64,000 bases of DNA from NCBI GenBank assembly GCA_020847855.1, contig JADLBH010000021.1, forward strand, positions 4,773 to 68,772. Reading direction: 5' to 3'. The translations under genes were made by a program, and so were the position numbers. Under the pieces are notes generated by a model. It saw only the letters and a program-made list of their open reading frames with translations, did not search any database and was not told the DNA's origin. Source of the stretch: Fimbriimonadaceae bacterium. GTDB taxonomy: Bacteria > Armatimonadota > Fimbriimonadia > Fimbriimonadales > Fimbriimonadaceae. Numbering within the stretch: position 1 is the stretch's first letter; each line of letters opens with the position of its first letter. Shown in pieces: positions 19,146-28,623 of this stretch.

Positions 19146-19837
19146 GCGGCCAGCACCTCGGCAAAATGTTGGAACCGCAGACCGCCGCCACCCGCCCGGT
19201 CAACGCCCTCCAGATGGGCAAGGCAACCGACGTCGGTGGAGACCACGTTCTCTGCCCCGGCCTCTCGGATCGCACCCAGTTTCGCTTGTGCGATGCCGCT
19301 GGAAATCGTCGGGTGCGTCGCGCAGAAGCTTCCTCCGAAGCCGCAACACTGCTCTTCGTCGGCGATCTTCACAAGTTCCAGTCCTTCAACGAGGGCCAAC
19401 AGCGGAGTGTGGCAGTCGTCCGATTCGAGCATCCTCCGGTGGCAAGCGGGGTGGAAGACGACCCGGAGCGGGGTGGGCAGTGCGGGCCAACTCCGGACTC
19501 TGCATTTCTTCCATAGGAACTCGCCAAGCTCCCACCATTGGGTGGAACCCCCCTCTACGGAGAGCAGGCTCGCACCGTGCCGGAGCATGGCTGCACACGA
19601 AGTGCTGGGCACGACCACGTCGGCTTGTCCTGCGCACTGAGCCCTGGACCGGTCCAAGACGGCTCTTGCCGACGCAAAGTCCCCATTGTTCATGGCCGGC
19701 TGCCCGCAGCAAGTCTGCCCCGAAACCGGCACGGCCTCGAAACCGACGTGGGCAAGAATGCGGTACGTGGCCGCCAGCGCGTCCTTCCAGAGAGCGTCCG
19801 CCAAGCAGGTGGAAAACACGCCGATCCGTTCAAGCAT
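19136..19837 (-). CDS. lutA: lactate utilization protein A ((Fe-S)-binding CCG-domain oxidoreductase)
   Basis: Motifs IGVFSTCLAD, QTCCGQPAMNNGD, PSTSCAAM, EQCCGFGGSF. ATG 19837 lies 2 nt after the rhaB stop. Confidence 0.8.
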   Translation of the reverse strand: MLERIGVFSTCLADALWKDALAATYRILAHVGFEAVPVSGQTCCGQPAMNNGDFASARAVLDRSRAQCAGQADVVVPSTSCAAMLRHGASLLSVEGGSTQWWELGEFLWKKCRVRSWPALPTPLRVVFHPACHRRMLESDDCHTPLLALVEGLELVKIADEEQCCGFGGSFCATHPTISSGIAQAKLGAIREAGAENVVSTDVGCLAHLEGVDRAGGGGLRFQHFAEVLAACL

Positions 19838-21152
19838 GGGCCGCGCCCCGTGCCGTGAACTGTGCAAGGAGGTTCCCAAGCACCGTCGCCTCCTCGGCCC
19901 CGATCCTCAGGCGACCCAAGCCACCGAGTTGGGTGACGAAGGGAGCACAGCGAACACCGCCCCCGCCCACCGCGATCCCCCCGATCTCCTGCCCACAGAG
20001 CAAGGAGAGCTCGCTTAGCGCCGATTGGATCGCCGAGACGTGCGACCGGACGAGGCTCCCCGCCCACTCAACATGAGACGCGGGACGCGCCCCCAAGACC
20101 TCGACCACCGCCTCCGACATGGAACGAGGGCTGAAGAGCCTCGGGTCATGAACGTCGAACACGGCGCCCTCCGCAGCGCCCGCCAGCCAAGCGGGGAGGT
20201 CCATGTCAGAGAAGAGTTCCGAGTGCACCCGGTTTGCGATATAGAATCCGGGCACGTTCTTGGTGAGCCGTGTGTTCCCGTCTGCGCCCAGCTCGTTCGT
20301 CCAGCCCAGTTCCCTGGTGTCCTCGCTCACGACCGGCCTCGGTACGAGCTTTCCCACCAGCGTCCAGGTCCCTAAATTGGCGAAGGCCTCGTCCGGTGCG
20401 AAGGGACCAAGCCCGAGTACGGCGGAGGCGGTGTCGTGCCCCGCCACCCTGACCAAAGGCACCCCGGCGAGGTCTTCGATGCCCCCTAGCCACGGGTCTT
20501 GGGTGGGAACAGGCCACCCACACATCGCGAACGCCTCAGGGCACCACTTGCCGTCCAACCCCACCAACTGGGTGGTGGAGGCAATCGTCGCCTCATAGCT
20601 CCTCTGCGCGCCCAGGAGATGTGCGAGCAAGTCGGGGAGGAGCAGCCACTCGCTATGTTCTGGCAGACTCGGGTCCTCCTCCGCCCTCGCTGCCAACTGA
20701 AACACCGTGTTGAACGGTTGAGCCGCGACTCCCGTCAGGTGGAACAGTTCCGAGTGCCTCGATGCGAGCCTTGCGTGCGCCCTTGCGTGGCTCGCGTCGC
20801 GGTAGCAAACCGGGCCGAGCACATCGCCATCTTCGAGCAGGATGCCGTGGTCTACCCCCCAAGTGTCAATCCCCAGGCTCGCTCCCTCCGATTCGGCAAG
20901 CCCCCAAGCGCTCCGGCACACCTCCACGAGCAACCGTAGATCCCAGTCGCGGCCCACGGGTGAGTGCTCGACCTGTCTCACCGTATGGTGGGTCACAGTG
21001 TCACCCTCGAGCGTTCCGAGCGCGATTCGCGCCGAGCTCGCCCCCAGGTCCACCGCGACCGCCTTCAGCGCAGGAACCCCTCGCGGTTGCCGCCGTCCAC
21101 GGGGATGGTGGCACCCGTGGTGCGGGAGCTCCGAGCCTCGCTCGCGAGCCAT
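19830..21152 (-). CDS. rhaB: rhamnulokinase (FGGY kinase)
   Basis: Motifs AVDLGASSARIALG, GIDTWGVDHGIL, YRDA and HDTASAV (FGGY blocks). The start is uncertain. The only canonical in-frame start is ATG 21152, an 88-nt overlap with rhaEW. The alternative is CTG 21068. Confidence 0.75.
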   Translation of the reverse strand: MARERGSELPHHGCHHPRGRRQPRGVPALKAVAVDLGASSARIALGTLEGDTVTHHTVRQVEHSPVGRDWDLRLLVEVCRSAWGLAESEGASLGIDTWGVDHGILLEDGDVLGPVCYRDASHARAHARLASRHSELFHLTGVAAQPFNTVFQLAARAEEDPSLPEHSEWLLLPDLLAHLLGAQRSYEATIASTTQLVGLDGKWCPEAFAMCGWPVPTQDPWLGGIEDLAGVPLVRVAGHDTASAVLGLGPFAPDEAFANLGTWTLVGKLVPRPVVSEDTRELGWTNELGADGNTRLTKNVPGFYIANRVHSELFSDMDLPAWLAGAAEGAVFDVHDPRLFSPRSMSEAVVEVLGARPASHVEWAGSLVRSHVSAIQSALSELSLLCGQEIGGIAVGGGGVRCAPFVTQLGGLGRLRIGAEEATVLGNLLAQFTARGAAHA

Positions 21153-23113
21153 GCGACCGCTTCCGCCACATGCTCGGGCAGGACCTCCCTGCGCAGGAGC
21201 GAGCGCTCCCGATAGTGCTCTTCGAGGTCCTCGGGCGCGATCCCGAGCGAGCTTGCGGTCTGCGCCCGCCACTCCGCGCTCCAGATGCCCGAGCCCGTGA
21301 GCACTGCGTCCGGGTTGACGGAGTTGGCCCGTATCCCCTGGGCCGCGTAGTCCACGGCGATCGTCCTGGCCAAGTGGAGCTCGAAGGCCTTGGCGGCCGA
21401 GTAGACGGCCGCCTTGGAGCCTGCCGCGACCCCGTTCTTCGAGGCGACGAAGACGATCGAGCCGCCCAAGGCTTGCCGCTCCATCACCCGGAGTCCGTGG
21501 GCAGCGGTCTGCCAATAGGCCCTCATGAGCACGGAGGCGAGCAGGTCATAGTCCTCGTCGCTCGTCTCAGCGGCCCGGCCCCGTCGGGCTACCCCGGCGT
21601 TCACCACGACGGTATCCACCCCACCGAAGCGATAAACGGCCTCCGCGAATCCCCGTTTGAGCGCAGCGTCGTCGGTGACATCGGTCGCAACTCCGACCAC
21701 ACCCTCCGGCACTCCGACCGCCTGAACGTCCTCCACCGTTTGGTCGAGGGCGTGGGTGTCTCGATCCAGAAGGACCACGCACGAGCCCAGTTCGGCCAGG
21801 TGCATTGCCGTCGCCTTCCCGATCCCTTGGGCCGCGCCCGTCACGAGGGCGACCGAGCGGGAGAGCTCCTTTTCGGGAGGCATCCGACGGAGCTTCGCTT
21901 CCTCTAGTGCCCAATACTCGATGTCGAAAGCCTCTTGTTCCGCCAAGGCGATGTACTGGGAGACTGCTTCGGCGCCCGACATCACTCGGATCGCGTTGCG
22001 GAAGAACTCCGTCGTGATCCTAGACTCGCGCGGATCGCGGGCCCATCCGACGATCCCACCCCCTGGCACCAGCACGAGCGACGGGTTAGGGTTCCGAATC
22101 TCGGGGCTGTCCGGCCGTCGGCAACGGGAATAGTAGCCGCGATACTCTGCTCGGAACTCCTCGAGTTGTGGCCCAAGCTCGCCCGGCTCGAGCCAGAGCG
22201 GACGCACTTTGGTCCGCAAGAAGTGGTCAGGGCAGCTCGTCCCCAGTCTCGCCATCTCCTTCCCGCGCGACGCGTCAAGAAACGCAAGGGCCTCCTCGGA
22301 GTCGTCCACATGGCAAACCAGCTTGCGACCCTCGTGCGAGGTGAGCCCGCGGAGCCGGGGCAGGATGTCGGACCAATCGGGTCGGGCTGGCCTGGCGACC
22401 GCCTGACCCAGGGGTATAGGGCGACCGTGCTGCTCCAGGTACCGTTGAGCCCGCTGGATGATGTCGAGCGTGAGCGCATAGCACGCCTCCCAGTCCTCCG
22501 CCCAGCAAATGAAGCCGTGCTGGCCCATCAACGCACCACGGGCATCGGGGTGGGCGGACGCGCCGTCCGCGAGCATGCGACCGAGCTCATAGCCGGGTCG
22601 CTTCCAGGGGAGGAAGAACATGTCCTCTCCCCATATCTCGCCGCAGAGTCTCTCCGCATCGGCGGACGCCGCGATCGCGATCACCGCGTCGGCGTGCATG
22701 TGGGAGACCGCCTTGGCCGGGACGTAGGCATGAAGGGCCGTGTCAATCGAGCAAGCGACCGGGTTCCCCCCGAAACTGCAGTGCGGATAGAGACGGACGA
22801 CCTCGTCCTCGTGCATGCCGCGCGACTCCACCAGGGCCGGAATCGCCAGAAGCCGCGACATGGAGAGCGAGGCGAAGCTGGCGCGATGGGCCGTCCCCAG
22901 ATCGCCGCCCGAACCCTTCACCCAGAGAACCTCGACCGGCTCGCCCGTGAGCGGATCACGCTCGACGGCCTTCACCGAGGTGTTGCCCCCGCCGAAGTTC
23001 GTCACCGTAGGATCGCGGCCCAAGAGGTTGGAAGCAAGGACGAGCCTGCCGAGATCGTCCAGGCCCTCCGCTGCGGCCCTATCCCACAAGGCTGGCGGTG
23101 TGGCGGTCTCCAT
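21065..23113 (-). CDS. rhaEW: bifunctional rhamnulose-1-phosphate aldolase / lactaldehyde (short-chain) dehydrogenase
   Basis: N-terminal class II aldolase block NFGGGNTSVK. C-terminal SDR motifs VTGAAQGIGKATA and YSAAKAFELHLAR. ATG 23113 (METATPP...). Confidence 0.85.
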   Translation of the reverse strand: METATPPALWDRAAAEGLDDLGRLVLASNLLGRDPTVTNFGGGNTSVKAVERDPLTGEPVEVLWVKGSGGDLGTAHRASFASLSMSRLLAIPALVESRGMHEDEVVRLYPHCSFGGNPVACSIDTALHAYVPAKAVSHMHADAVIAIAASADAERLCGEIWGEDMFFLPWKRPGYELGRMLADGASAHPDARGALMGQHGFICWAEDWEACYALTLDIIQRAQRYLEQHGRPIPLGQAVARPARPDWSDILPRLRGLTSHEGRKLVCHVDDSEEALAFLDASRGKEMARLGTSCPDHFLRTKVRPLWLEPGELGPQLEEFRAEYRGYYSRCRRPDSPEIRNPNPSLVLVPGGGIVGWARDPRESRITTEFFRNAIRVMSGAEAVSQYIALAEQEAFDIEYWALEEAKLRRMPPEKELSRSVALVTGAAQGIGKATAMHLAELGSCVVLLDRDTHALDQTVEDVQAVGVPEGVVGVATDVTDDAALKRGFAEAVYRFGGVDTVVVNAGVARRGRAAETSDEDYDLLASVLMRAYWQTAAHGLRVMERQALGGSIVFVASKNGVAAGSKAAVYSAAKAFELHLARTIAVDYAAQGIRANSVNPDAVLTGSGIWSAEWRAQTASSLGIAPEDLEEHYRERSLLRREVLPEHVAEAVAWLASEARSSRTTGATIPVDGGNREGFLR

Positions 23114-23120
23114 AGCCAGA

Positions 23121-25913
23121 TTATGGCCGTCTCTGCCTTGCCTTTCTCCGTTCGAGAAGCTGGGTGCCTGCGCTCGAAGGCCTTTGGGCCGGGCCTGGGG
23201 CCGGGGCGGCCGGACGCGGCACGGAAGGCTCCGCTCCTGGTTGCGTGAGCGAGGGCTCGTCTGCCGTCTCCTCGTGCCTTGCCGCCGTGCTGAGCCTCGC
23301 TTCCTGCACGGCCTCTGGTGTATATGCCCGCCGTCGAACCCAAGCCCAAACCGAGGCCCAAGGCACGGCCAGCCTTCGGATCGCGACATCGAGCGGCACC
23401 AACAGAGCGGCTGCAAGGGCAAGGAGCGGCCAAAGCTCGCTGACCGAGTCCCCAGGCCGAGTGAGAGGACGAAGGGCCTCGCGCGGTTCTTTCAGCACCC
23501 GACCTCCAGAACCCTCGGTGATCGCGTTCAACATGGGCATGTTCGTCGCGAAGGAGCGGTACTCCGGTGGGTACGGCACGCTAAAGCCGTTCGCGCTCAC
23601 CCTCGCCTCGCCGTTCGGGCCTGGTTCGCTCGCGGTCACGATGTAGCTTCCCAGGTCGGTAGCGTCGAACTTCCCGGAGAACGTACCCGGAGCCTCTTGG
23701 GTCAGCAAGACTTCCTGGGCTTCCCCCTTGGGCCCGCTGACCCGGACCTTGAGGCCCTCGACCGAGACCGGGTTGCCCAAGCGATCCTTGGCCGAAAGCT
23801 CGAGCACCCCCTTGCCGCCCTCGTGCCGGACCGTGAAGCCGTACTCGTTCTGGGTGATGGACCGGCTCAGCGAGCGTGCCGCCTGCGCCCAGAACTGGCC
23901 GAAGCCCTCCCAAGCCACCCACCGGCTCGCCCATCTCGCCTGAGCGTCCGAGGTGAAGGCAAGGCTCTCCCCCAACCCGAATCTCCAAGTCGCAAGGATC
24001 GGGTCGGACTTGGGTGAGACCATCGAGGTCTTGGCGAGCGGCCTGGGCGAGCTCAGGCAGTACGCAAAGAGTGCCGGCAGCCCTCCTTCCAGTCCACGCA
24101 GGGCATCATCGTAGGATCGAACCTGGGGTACGAACGTGAGTTCCTCGATCGCCGACCTCGACATCAGGGCAACGTCCTGAGTGAAGATCGCGGGTAGCTT
24201 CGAGGCGCTCCGCGCGAGGTAGAACCGTCCTCCGCCTGCGGCGGCGACCGCTCTCAAGAACGCCACGTCCTTCCCGTCACCGATCGCGACCACGCTCGTG
24301 GTGATCTTCGCCGCCCTCATCTCGCTGATGAGCTCGATGGAGTTTCCATAGGCGTCCACGTCGTCGCCATCGGCGAGCAGCAGGAAGTGGCGGACCTTGG
24401 TGTCCTGCCGAGTCAATTGATCCTTCGCAAACCGGATCGAGGGCTCGGCATAGATTCCTCCCATGCCTGGGCGGAGCTTCCTGATCTCGGACTTGACCCT
24501 CTCCTTGTCTTCCAAGGGCTGGATCTTGGCGACGAACTCGATCCCGTCCGTGCTCCCAGCGACACCGACACGATCGAGCGACGAGAGGAGGTTCACGGTC
24601 TCGACGGCTGCGGTCGCGGCGAGTTGGATCTTCTGGACGCCCCCTTCCATCGCCGCCATGCTGCCGGAAGCGTCCACCACCACGAGCACGGTCGTGCTTG
24701 GGAAGGATTTTCTTTGCCGCACGTTAAGGTCAACGGCCAGGATGTCCGCCACCGGAGTGCCGAACCAACCCCCCGGAAGGAACGACCCTTCGCCCCCGAT
24801 CATGGCAAAGCCGATCGCGGTGTCCCGAACCGCGGCGCGGAACATCGCCATCTGCGCAGGCTCCATCACGCTCGCAGGGAGGTCGTTGAAGAACACCGCG
24901 TCATATCCTTGGAGTTCCTCCGCACGGAGCGGGACGCCAGCCGGGCCCCGCAGGGTGACCGCGATCCCTTGTGCTTGCAGAGCGTTCGCCAGTTCTCGGT
25001 GCGAGGTGTCCCCTTGGAGCACCAGCACCTGGGGCTTCCCTCGAACACTGGTGAAGGAAGCACCGACGTTGTTGCGGTTGTCCGTGTCCAGAGTCGGCTC
25101 GATCGTCGCCCGATAGCGATAGAAGCCGGGCTTGGTGAGTTTCTGCGGCAAGACGACCGTGGACTTGCCTTTCTCAAGACGCACCGCTTGGCGGGCGACG
25201 ATCGAGCCGTCCCGCTCCAGCACAAGCACCGCGTCCTGGGCCTCGCTCGAATCCACCAGGACGCGAGCGTCGAAAGGCTCCTCAGCCCGACGCTCGTTCG
25301 GCGTCTGGAGCTCGACGACGGTCACTTCCCTCCTTCGAGTGTCGCTCCCTAAAGGGAAGACGTCCACTTGAACGCCTTCCATCGTGGCAGCCTCGACGGC
25401 TGAGAGCGCGTCGCCACGGGTCTCGTGCCCGTCCGAAAGGACCACGATCCGCCTTCCCTTGCCCTCGGGCAGACTGGCAGATGCCAGGCGGATCGCACCG
25501 GCCAGGTCCGAGGAAGACCCGTCCACCTCGGTCTCGAACGCAGTCAGGCTGCGACGCCCGCCGGGCACGGACTCGACCTGCGCATAGCGGCCGAACGAGA
25601 CCACGCCGGCCACGTCTTCGGGACCGAGGGCGCGCATCGCTTCGTCCACAAACTTGGTCGCTCTCTTGGCCTCGCTCTCCGTCACGCTGTCCGAGCGATC
25701 CATCACGAACATGGTCGCGAGTCCTCGGTTCTGTTGCCTAGCGACCGGGCCCGTGAGGCACAGGACGATGAGCGTCGCGAGCAAGGCCCTCACGACGAAC
25801 GCGGCACGCTTGCGGGCCCTGGCCATCCCTGCGAACGACCGCCACGTGTACCATAGCCCCGCCGCGATGGGAAGGAGCAGGAGCGCGAACCATGGCTCTT
25901 GGAAGCGGATCAT
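23121..25913 (-). CDS. BatA-N-terminal double-TM / two VWA domains / GATase1-like domain membrane protein (930 aa)
   Basis: N-terminus is MIRFQEPWFALLLLPIAAGLWY. MIDAS motifs are DRSDS and DASGS. A GATase1-like block reads VLVLQGD...YDAVFFNDL...GFAMIGGEGSF. C-terminal TM present. The ATG overlaps the upstream stop (ATGA). Confidence 0.7.
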   Translation of the reverse strand: MIRFQEPWFALLLLPIAAGLWYTWRSFAGMARARKRAAFVVRALLATLIVLCLTGPVARQQNRGLATMFVMDRSDSVTESEAKRATKFVDEAMRALGPEDVAGVVSFGRYAQVESVPGGRRSLTAFETEVDGSSSDLAGAIRLASASLPEGKGRRIVVLSDGHETRGDALSAVEAATMEGVQVDVFPLGSDTRRREVTVVELQTPNERRAEEPFDARVLVDSSEAQDAVLVLERDGSIVARQAVRLEKGKSTVVLPQKLTKPGFYRYRATIEPTLDTDNRNNVGASFTSVRGKPQVLVLQGDTSHRELANALQAQGIAVTLRGPAGVPLRAEELQGYDAVFFNDLPASVMEPAQMAMFRAAVRDTAIGFAMIGGEGSFLPGGWFGTPVADILAVDLNVRQRKSFPSTTVLVVVDASGSMAAMEGGVQKIQLAATAAVETVNLLSSLDRVGVAGSTDGIEFVAKIQPLEDKERVKSEIRKLRPGMGGIYAEPSIRFAKDQLTRQDTKVRHFLLLADGDDVDAYGNSIELISEMRAAKITTSVVAIGDGKDVAFLRAVAAAGGGRFYLARSASKLPAIFTQDVALMSRSAIEELTFVPQVRSYDDALRGLEGGLPALFAYCLSSPRPLAKTSMVSPKSDPILATWRFGLGESLAFTSDAQARWASRWVAWEGFGQFWAQAARSLSRSITQNEYGFTVRHEGGKGVLELSAKDRLGNPVSVEGLKVRVSGPKGEAQEVLLTQEAPGTFSGKFDATDLGSYIVTASEPGPNGEARVSANGFSVPYPPEYRSFATNMPMLNAITEGSGGRVLKEPREALRPLTRPGDSVSELWPLLALAAALLVPLDVAIRRLAVPWASVWAWVRRRAYTPEAVQEARLSTAARHEETADEPSLTQPGAEPSVPRPAAPAPGPAQRPSSAGTQLLERRKARQRRP

Positions 25914-27739
25914 GAGAGCCGTCCATAGAGCCACCACTCGACGGCCAAGATCGCGAGGAGGAGGAGGAGGATCGGCCGCCAAAAGTCAGCGAACCGCACC
26001 GGCGAGGCGAGCCGGGCCACCTGCTCACCCCCCAACTGGACAACGGACCGTGGAGCGATGTTGCTCTCCGCGTCGCTTCTCAGTCCGGCAAGCAGGCGTT
26101 TCGCGCCCTTGCCACGACCGACCGTATAGACCCCGACACGGTCGAGGCCCTTGACCGTCAGCCTCCCGTCCCGGCTCTCCGCCTGTGCCGAGAAACCGGC
26201 AGGGCCGGCAATCACCACGGTGCCGTCAGTCGGCCAAGGGAGAACTTGAGACCTCGCCGGACTCACGGCAAGGTTCGCACCCAGCGCCCGCGGGGCGAGG
26301 AAGTCGAGCGCGTTCGCAATAAAGATCGGGAAGCCGACCGAGAGGGGAAAATCGGATTCGAGCGGCGCGAACGAGGTGTAAACCTGGCGTCGGGCCCCCG
26401 AGGAGGCAACGATGATCGGCCCCTTGTCGCTATCGAGGACGATCCTTCCAGAGCCTACCGGCCGTACCCGCTCACCCGTGTCCACATAGACGCCGTCAAA
26501 GCGCACCCCACGAACCAGATCGTCGTGCGTGGGGACGAAAGATGCCGGTTTGGCGTACTTGCCCGTGACCTTGACCGGGCTCGAATCCCCAGCGCGACCC
26601 AAGGTCAGGACGCCCTTCGCCTTGCACGGCTTCTCTGCCGTTCCCGAGAAGACGACCACGTCATAGTTGCTGGGGCCTCCTGCGCCCAGTGCCTCGCTCG
26701 TGGGGAGGGACGTCGCCCGATCCAGCGTGACGCGCGGATCGAGGACCAGTGCCCGCTCCGTGAAGAAGTCCCCTGGGCCCACCAGCAAGACCCGTAGCAC
26801 GGCTCCGGGCTCGTTCACGTGGTACGCCACGTCGTCCGACTGGAGAAACCCGCCACCCTGCTCGATCCTCGCTTCAAAGACCTTCGTCTCGCGCGGAACA
26901 CGAAGCGTCTTGCCCCAAGTTCCCTGCGCATCGAGCGCGGCATCGGTGGAGTCCATCGCCCTCCCGTCGGCAAGGATCGTGAGACGAACCCTGGCGGGTT
27001 GAGAGCCGAAATTCTTAAGCCCACAATAGAGCAGCTTGCCCTGTGGACCCTCGCTACTGCCCAACGCTTGCACGGCCACGTTCTCGGACTTCGACCCAAC
27101 TTGCATGAAGACGACCTTGGCCTTGCCAGGCACGAAGTCTTGGATCGGTTCGAAGGCACCGTCGCTGAGTAGGAGGATCGTTCCGCCCTGGGTCGTACCG
27201 ACGAGCGAGGAGGCAAGCCTCAGGGCCTCACCGACGTCCGACTCCGCGTCATACCGCTTCATCTGCTCGAGCCCGCGCCGCTGAGCGACCGGGTCGCTGC
27301 TGAGCGGAAACACGACCCTGGGTGTGGGGCCGGCTTCGATCAGGGCAAGCCGGTCGCTGGGCGCAGCCGCCTCGATCATGTCTGCAACCGCCTTCCTCGC
27401 GGCTCCGAAGCGATTGGGAACGACATCGGATGCACCCATGCTCGAGCTCGTGTCCACGACGATCGCGGTGACCTTGCCTGCGAGCCCGCGCTGGAGGAGT
27501 TGGGGGCGGGCAAGGACGAGGACGATCGCGAGGGCGGCCAGGAGCTGCAAGAGCAACAGCCACGAGAAGCGCAACCGTTGGAAAAGGGCGTTGGCGCGCA
27601 CCTCGTCCTGGCGCTCGGGCCAAAGGAAAACCGCGGGCACGACGAGCCTGCGCCTGCGCATCTTCATCAGGTAGAGGGCGAGAATCGTCCCGGCGAGAGG
27701 GATCAGCCAGAGCAGGGCTCCAGGGGACTGGAGGTTCAC
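25910..27739 (-). CDS. BatA-N-terminal double-TM / VWA domain membrane protein (609 aa)
   Basis: N-terminus is VNLQSPGALLWLIPLAGTILALYLMKMRRRR. MIDAS motif is VVDTSSSMG. C-terminal TM present. GTG 27739 overlaps the DUF58 stop (GTGA). Confidence 0.7.
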   Translation of the reverse strand: MNLQSPGALLWLIPLAGTILALYLMKMRRRRLVVPAVFLWPERQDEVRANALFQRLRFSWLLLLQLLAALAIVLVLARPQLLQRGLAGKVTAIVVDTSSSMGASDVVPNRFGAARKAVADMIEAAAPSDRLALIEAGPTPRVVFPLSSDPVAQRRGLEQMKRYDAESDVGEALRLASSLVGTTQGGTILLLSDGAFEPIQDFVPGKAKVVFMQVGSKSENVAVQALGSSEGPQGKLLYCGLKNFGSQPARVRLTILADGRAMDSTDAALDAQGTWGKTLRVPRETKVFEARIEQGGGFLQSDDVAYHVNEPGAVLRVLLVGPGDFFTERALVLDPRVTLDRATSLPTSEALGAGGPSNYDVVVFSGTAEKPCKAKGVLTLGRAGDSSPVKVTGKYAKPASFVPTHDDLVRGVRFDGVYVDTGERVRPVGSGRIVLDSDKGPIIVASSGARRQVYTSFAPLESDFPLSVGFPIFIANALDFLAPRALGANLAVSPARSQVLPWPTDGTVVIAGPAGFSAQAESRDGRLTVKGLDRVGVYTVGRGKGAKRLLAGLRSDAESNIAPRSVVQLGGEQVARLASPVRFADFWRPILLLLLAILAVEWWLYGRLS

Positions 27740-28611
27740 TCGACCCACCCCTCCTTGCGGAGAGAGCCGGTCAAGAACGCAGAGAGCGGCTTGCCGACCT
27801 GGACCTGCGCATATCGGCCGCCAACGCGCGCACAAGCCTCACCGATCTCCTCGTTGTGCGAGATCAGTGCCTTGCGGTAGGACGCGATCGCCACCGAGTT
27901 CGCGGTCATCTCCTGTTCGAGCGATGACTCACTGTCCACGAGCAAGAGGTCGCCCTCCAGATCGGGATCGAGCTCCATCTCCGTGAGGACTTGGACGAAC
28001 CAGACCTCGTGGCCCCGGTCCGCCACTACTTGGACGGCCCGAGACACCAGAGGATCCAGACCGTCGGAGAGGAAGACCACCACTCCCGGCTGCGCCCCGG
28101 ATCGAGCGAACCGCCGTGACGCCTCCAGGAGCGAGTCGCCCTCGGTGGATGCGAGCCTGCCGAGCCAGTCGGCCACCCTCTGAACCCCAATGCGCCCCCG
28201 TGTCGCTGGACGGGGTGCGCCACGCCCTCCCAATGCGTGTCCATAGATCGTGTCTCCTCCGCAAAGGGCCACGTACGTGAGGGCGAGCCCGACCCGGCAC
28301 GCGATCAGAAGTTTTGTCGGCTCGCCGAACTCCATGGAAGGACTCGTGTCCACCAAAAGGTGGACTGCGAGGTCCTCCTCGTCCTGATAGGTTTTGACGA
28401 CTGGGTGTCCGAGCCGTGCGAGGATGTTCCAGTCAAGGTGGCGCAAGTCGTCCCCGTCAGCGTACTCGCGGTAGTCCGCAAACTCGATGCTCACACCCTT
28501 GCGCGCGCTCGTTCTCTCGCCTCGGGCCCGGCCCGAGAACTGGCGGCGAGGACGGATCCGCACTCCCTGAAGGATACGGCTCTCCTGAGGGGCGAGCGCG
28601 ACGACCGGCAC
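27736..28611 (-). CDS. DUF58 (VWA-like) protein
   Basis: DUF58 hallmark FADYREYADGDDLRHLDWNILARLGHPVVKTYQDEED, followed by LLVDTSPSM. Confidence 0.8.
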   Translation of the reverse strand: MPVVALAPQESRILQGVRIRPRRQFSGRARGERTSARKGVSIEFADYREYADGDDLRHLDWNILARLGHPVVKTYQDEEDLAVHLLVDTSPSMEFGEPTKLLIACRVGLALTYVALCGGDTIYGHALGGRGAPRPATRGRIGVQRVADWLGRLASTEGDSLLEASRRFARSGAQPGVVVFLSDGLDPLVSRAVQVVADRGHEVWFVQVLTEMELDPDLEGDLLLVDSESSLEQEMTANSVAIASYRKALISHNEEIGEACARVGGRYAQVQVGKPLSAFLTGSLRKEGWVE

Positions 28612-28623
28612 GAGTGGAGCCCT

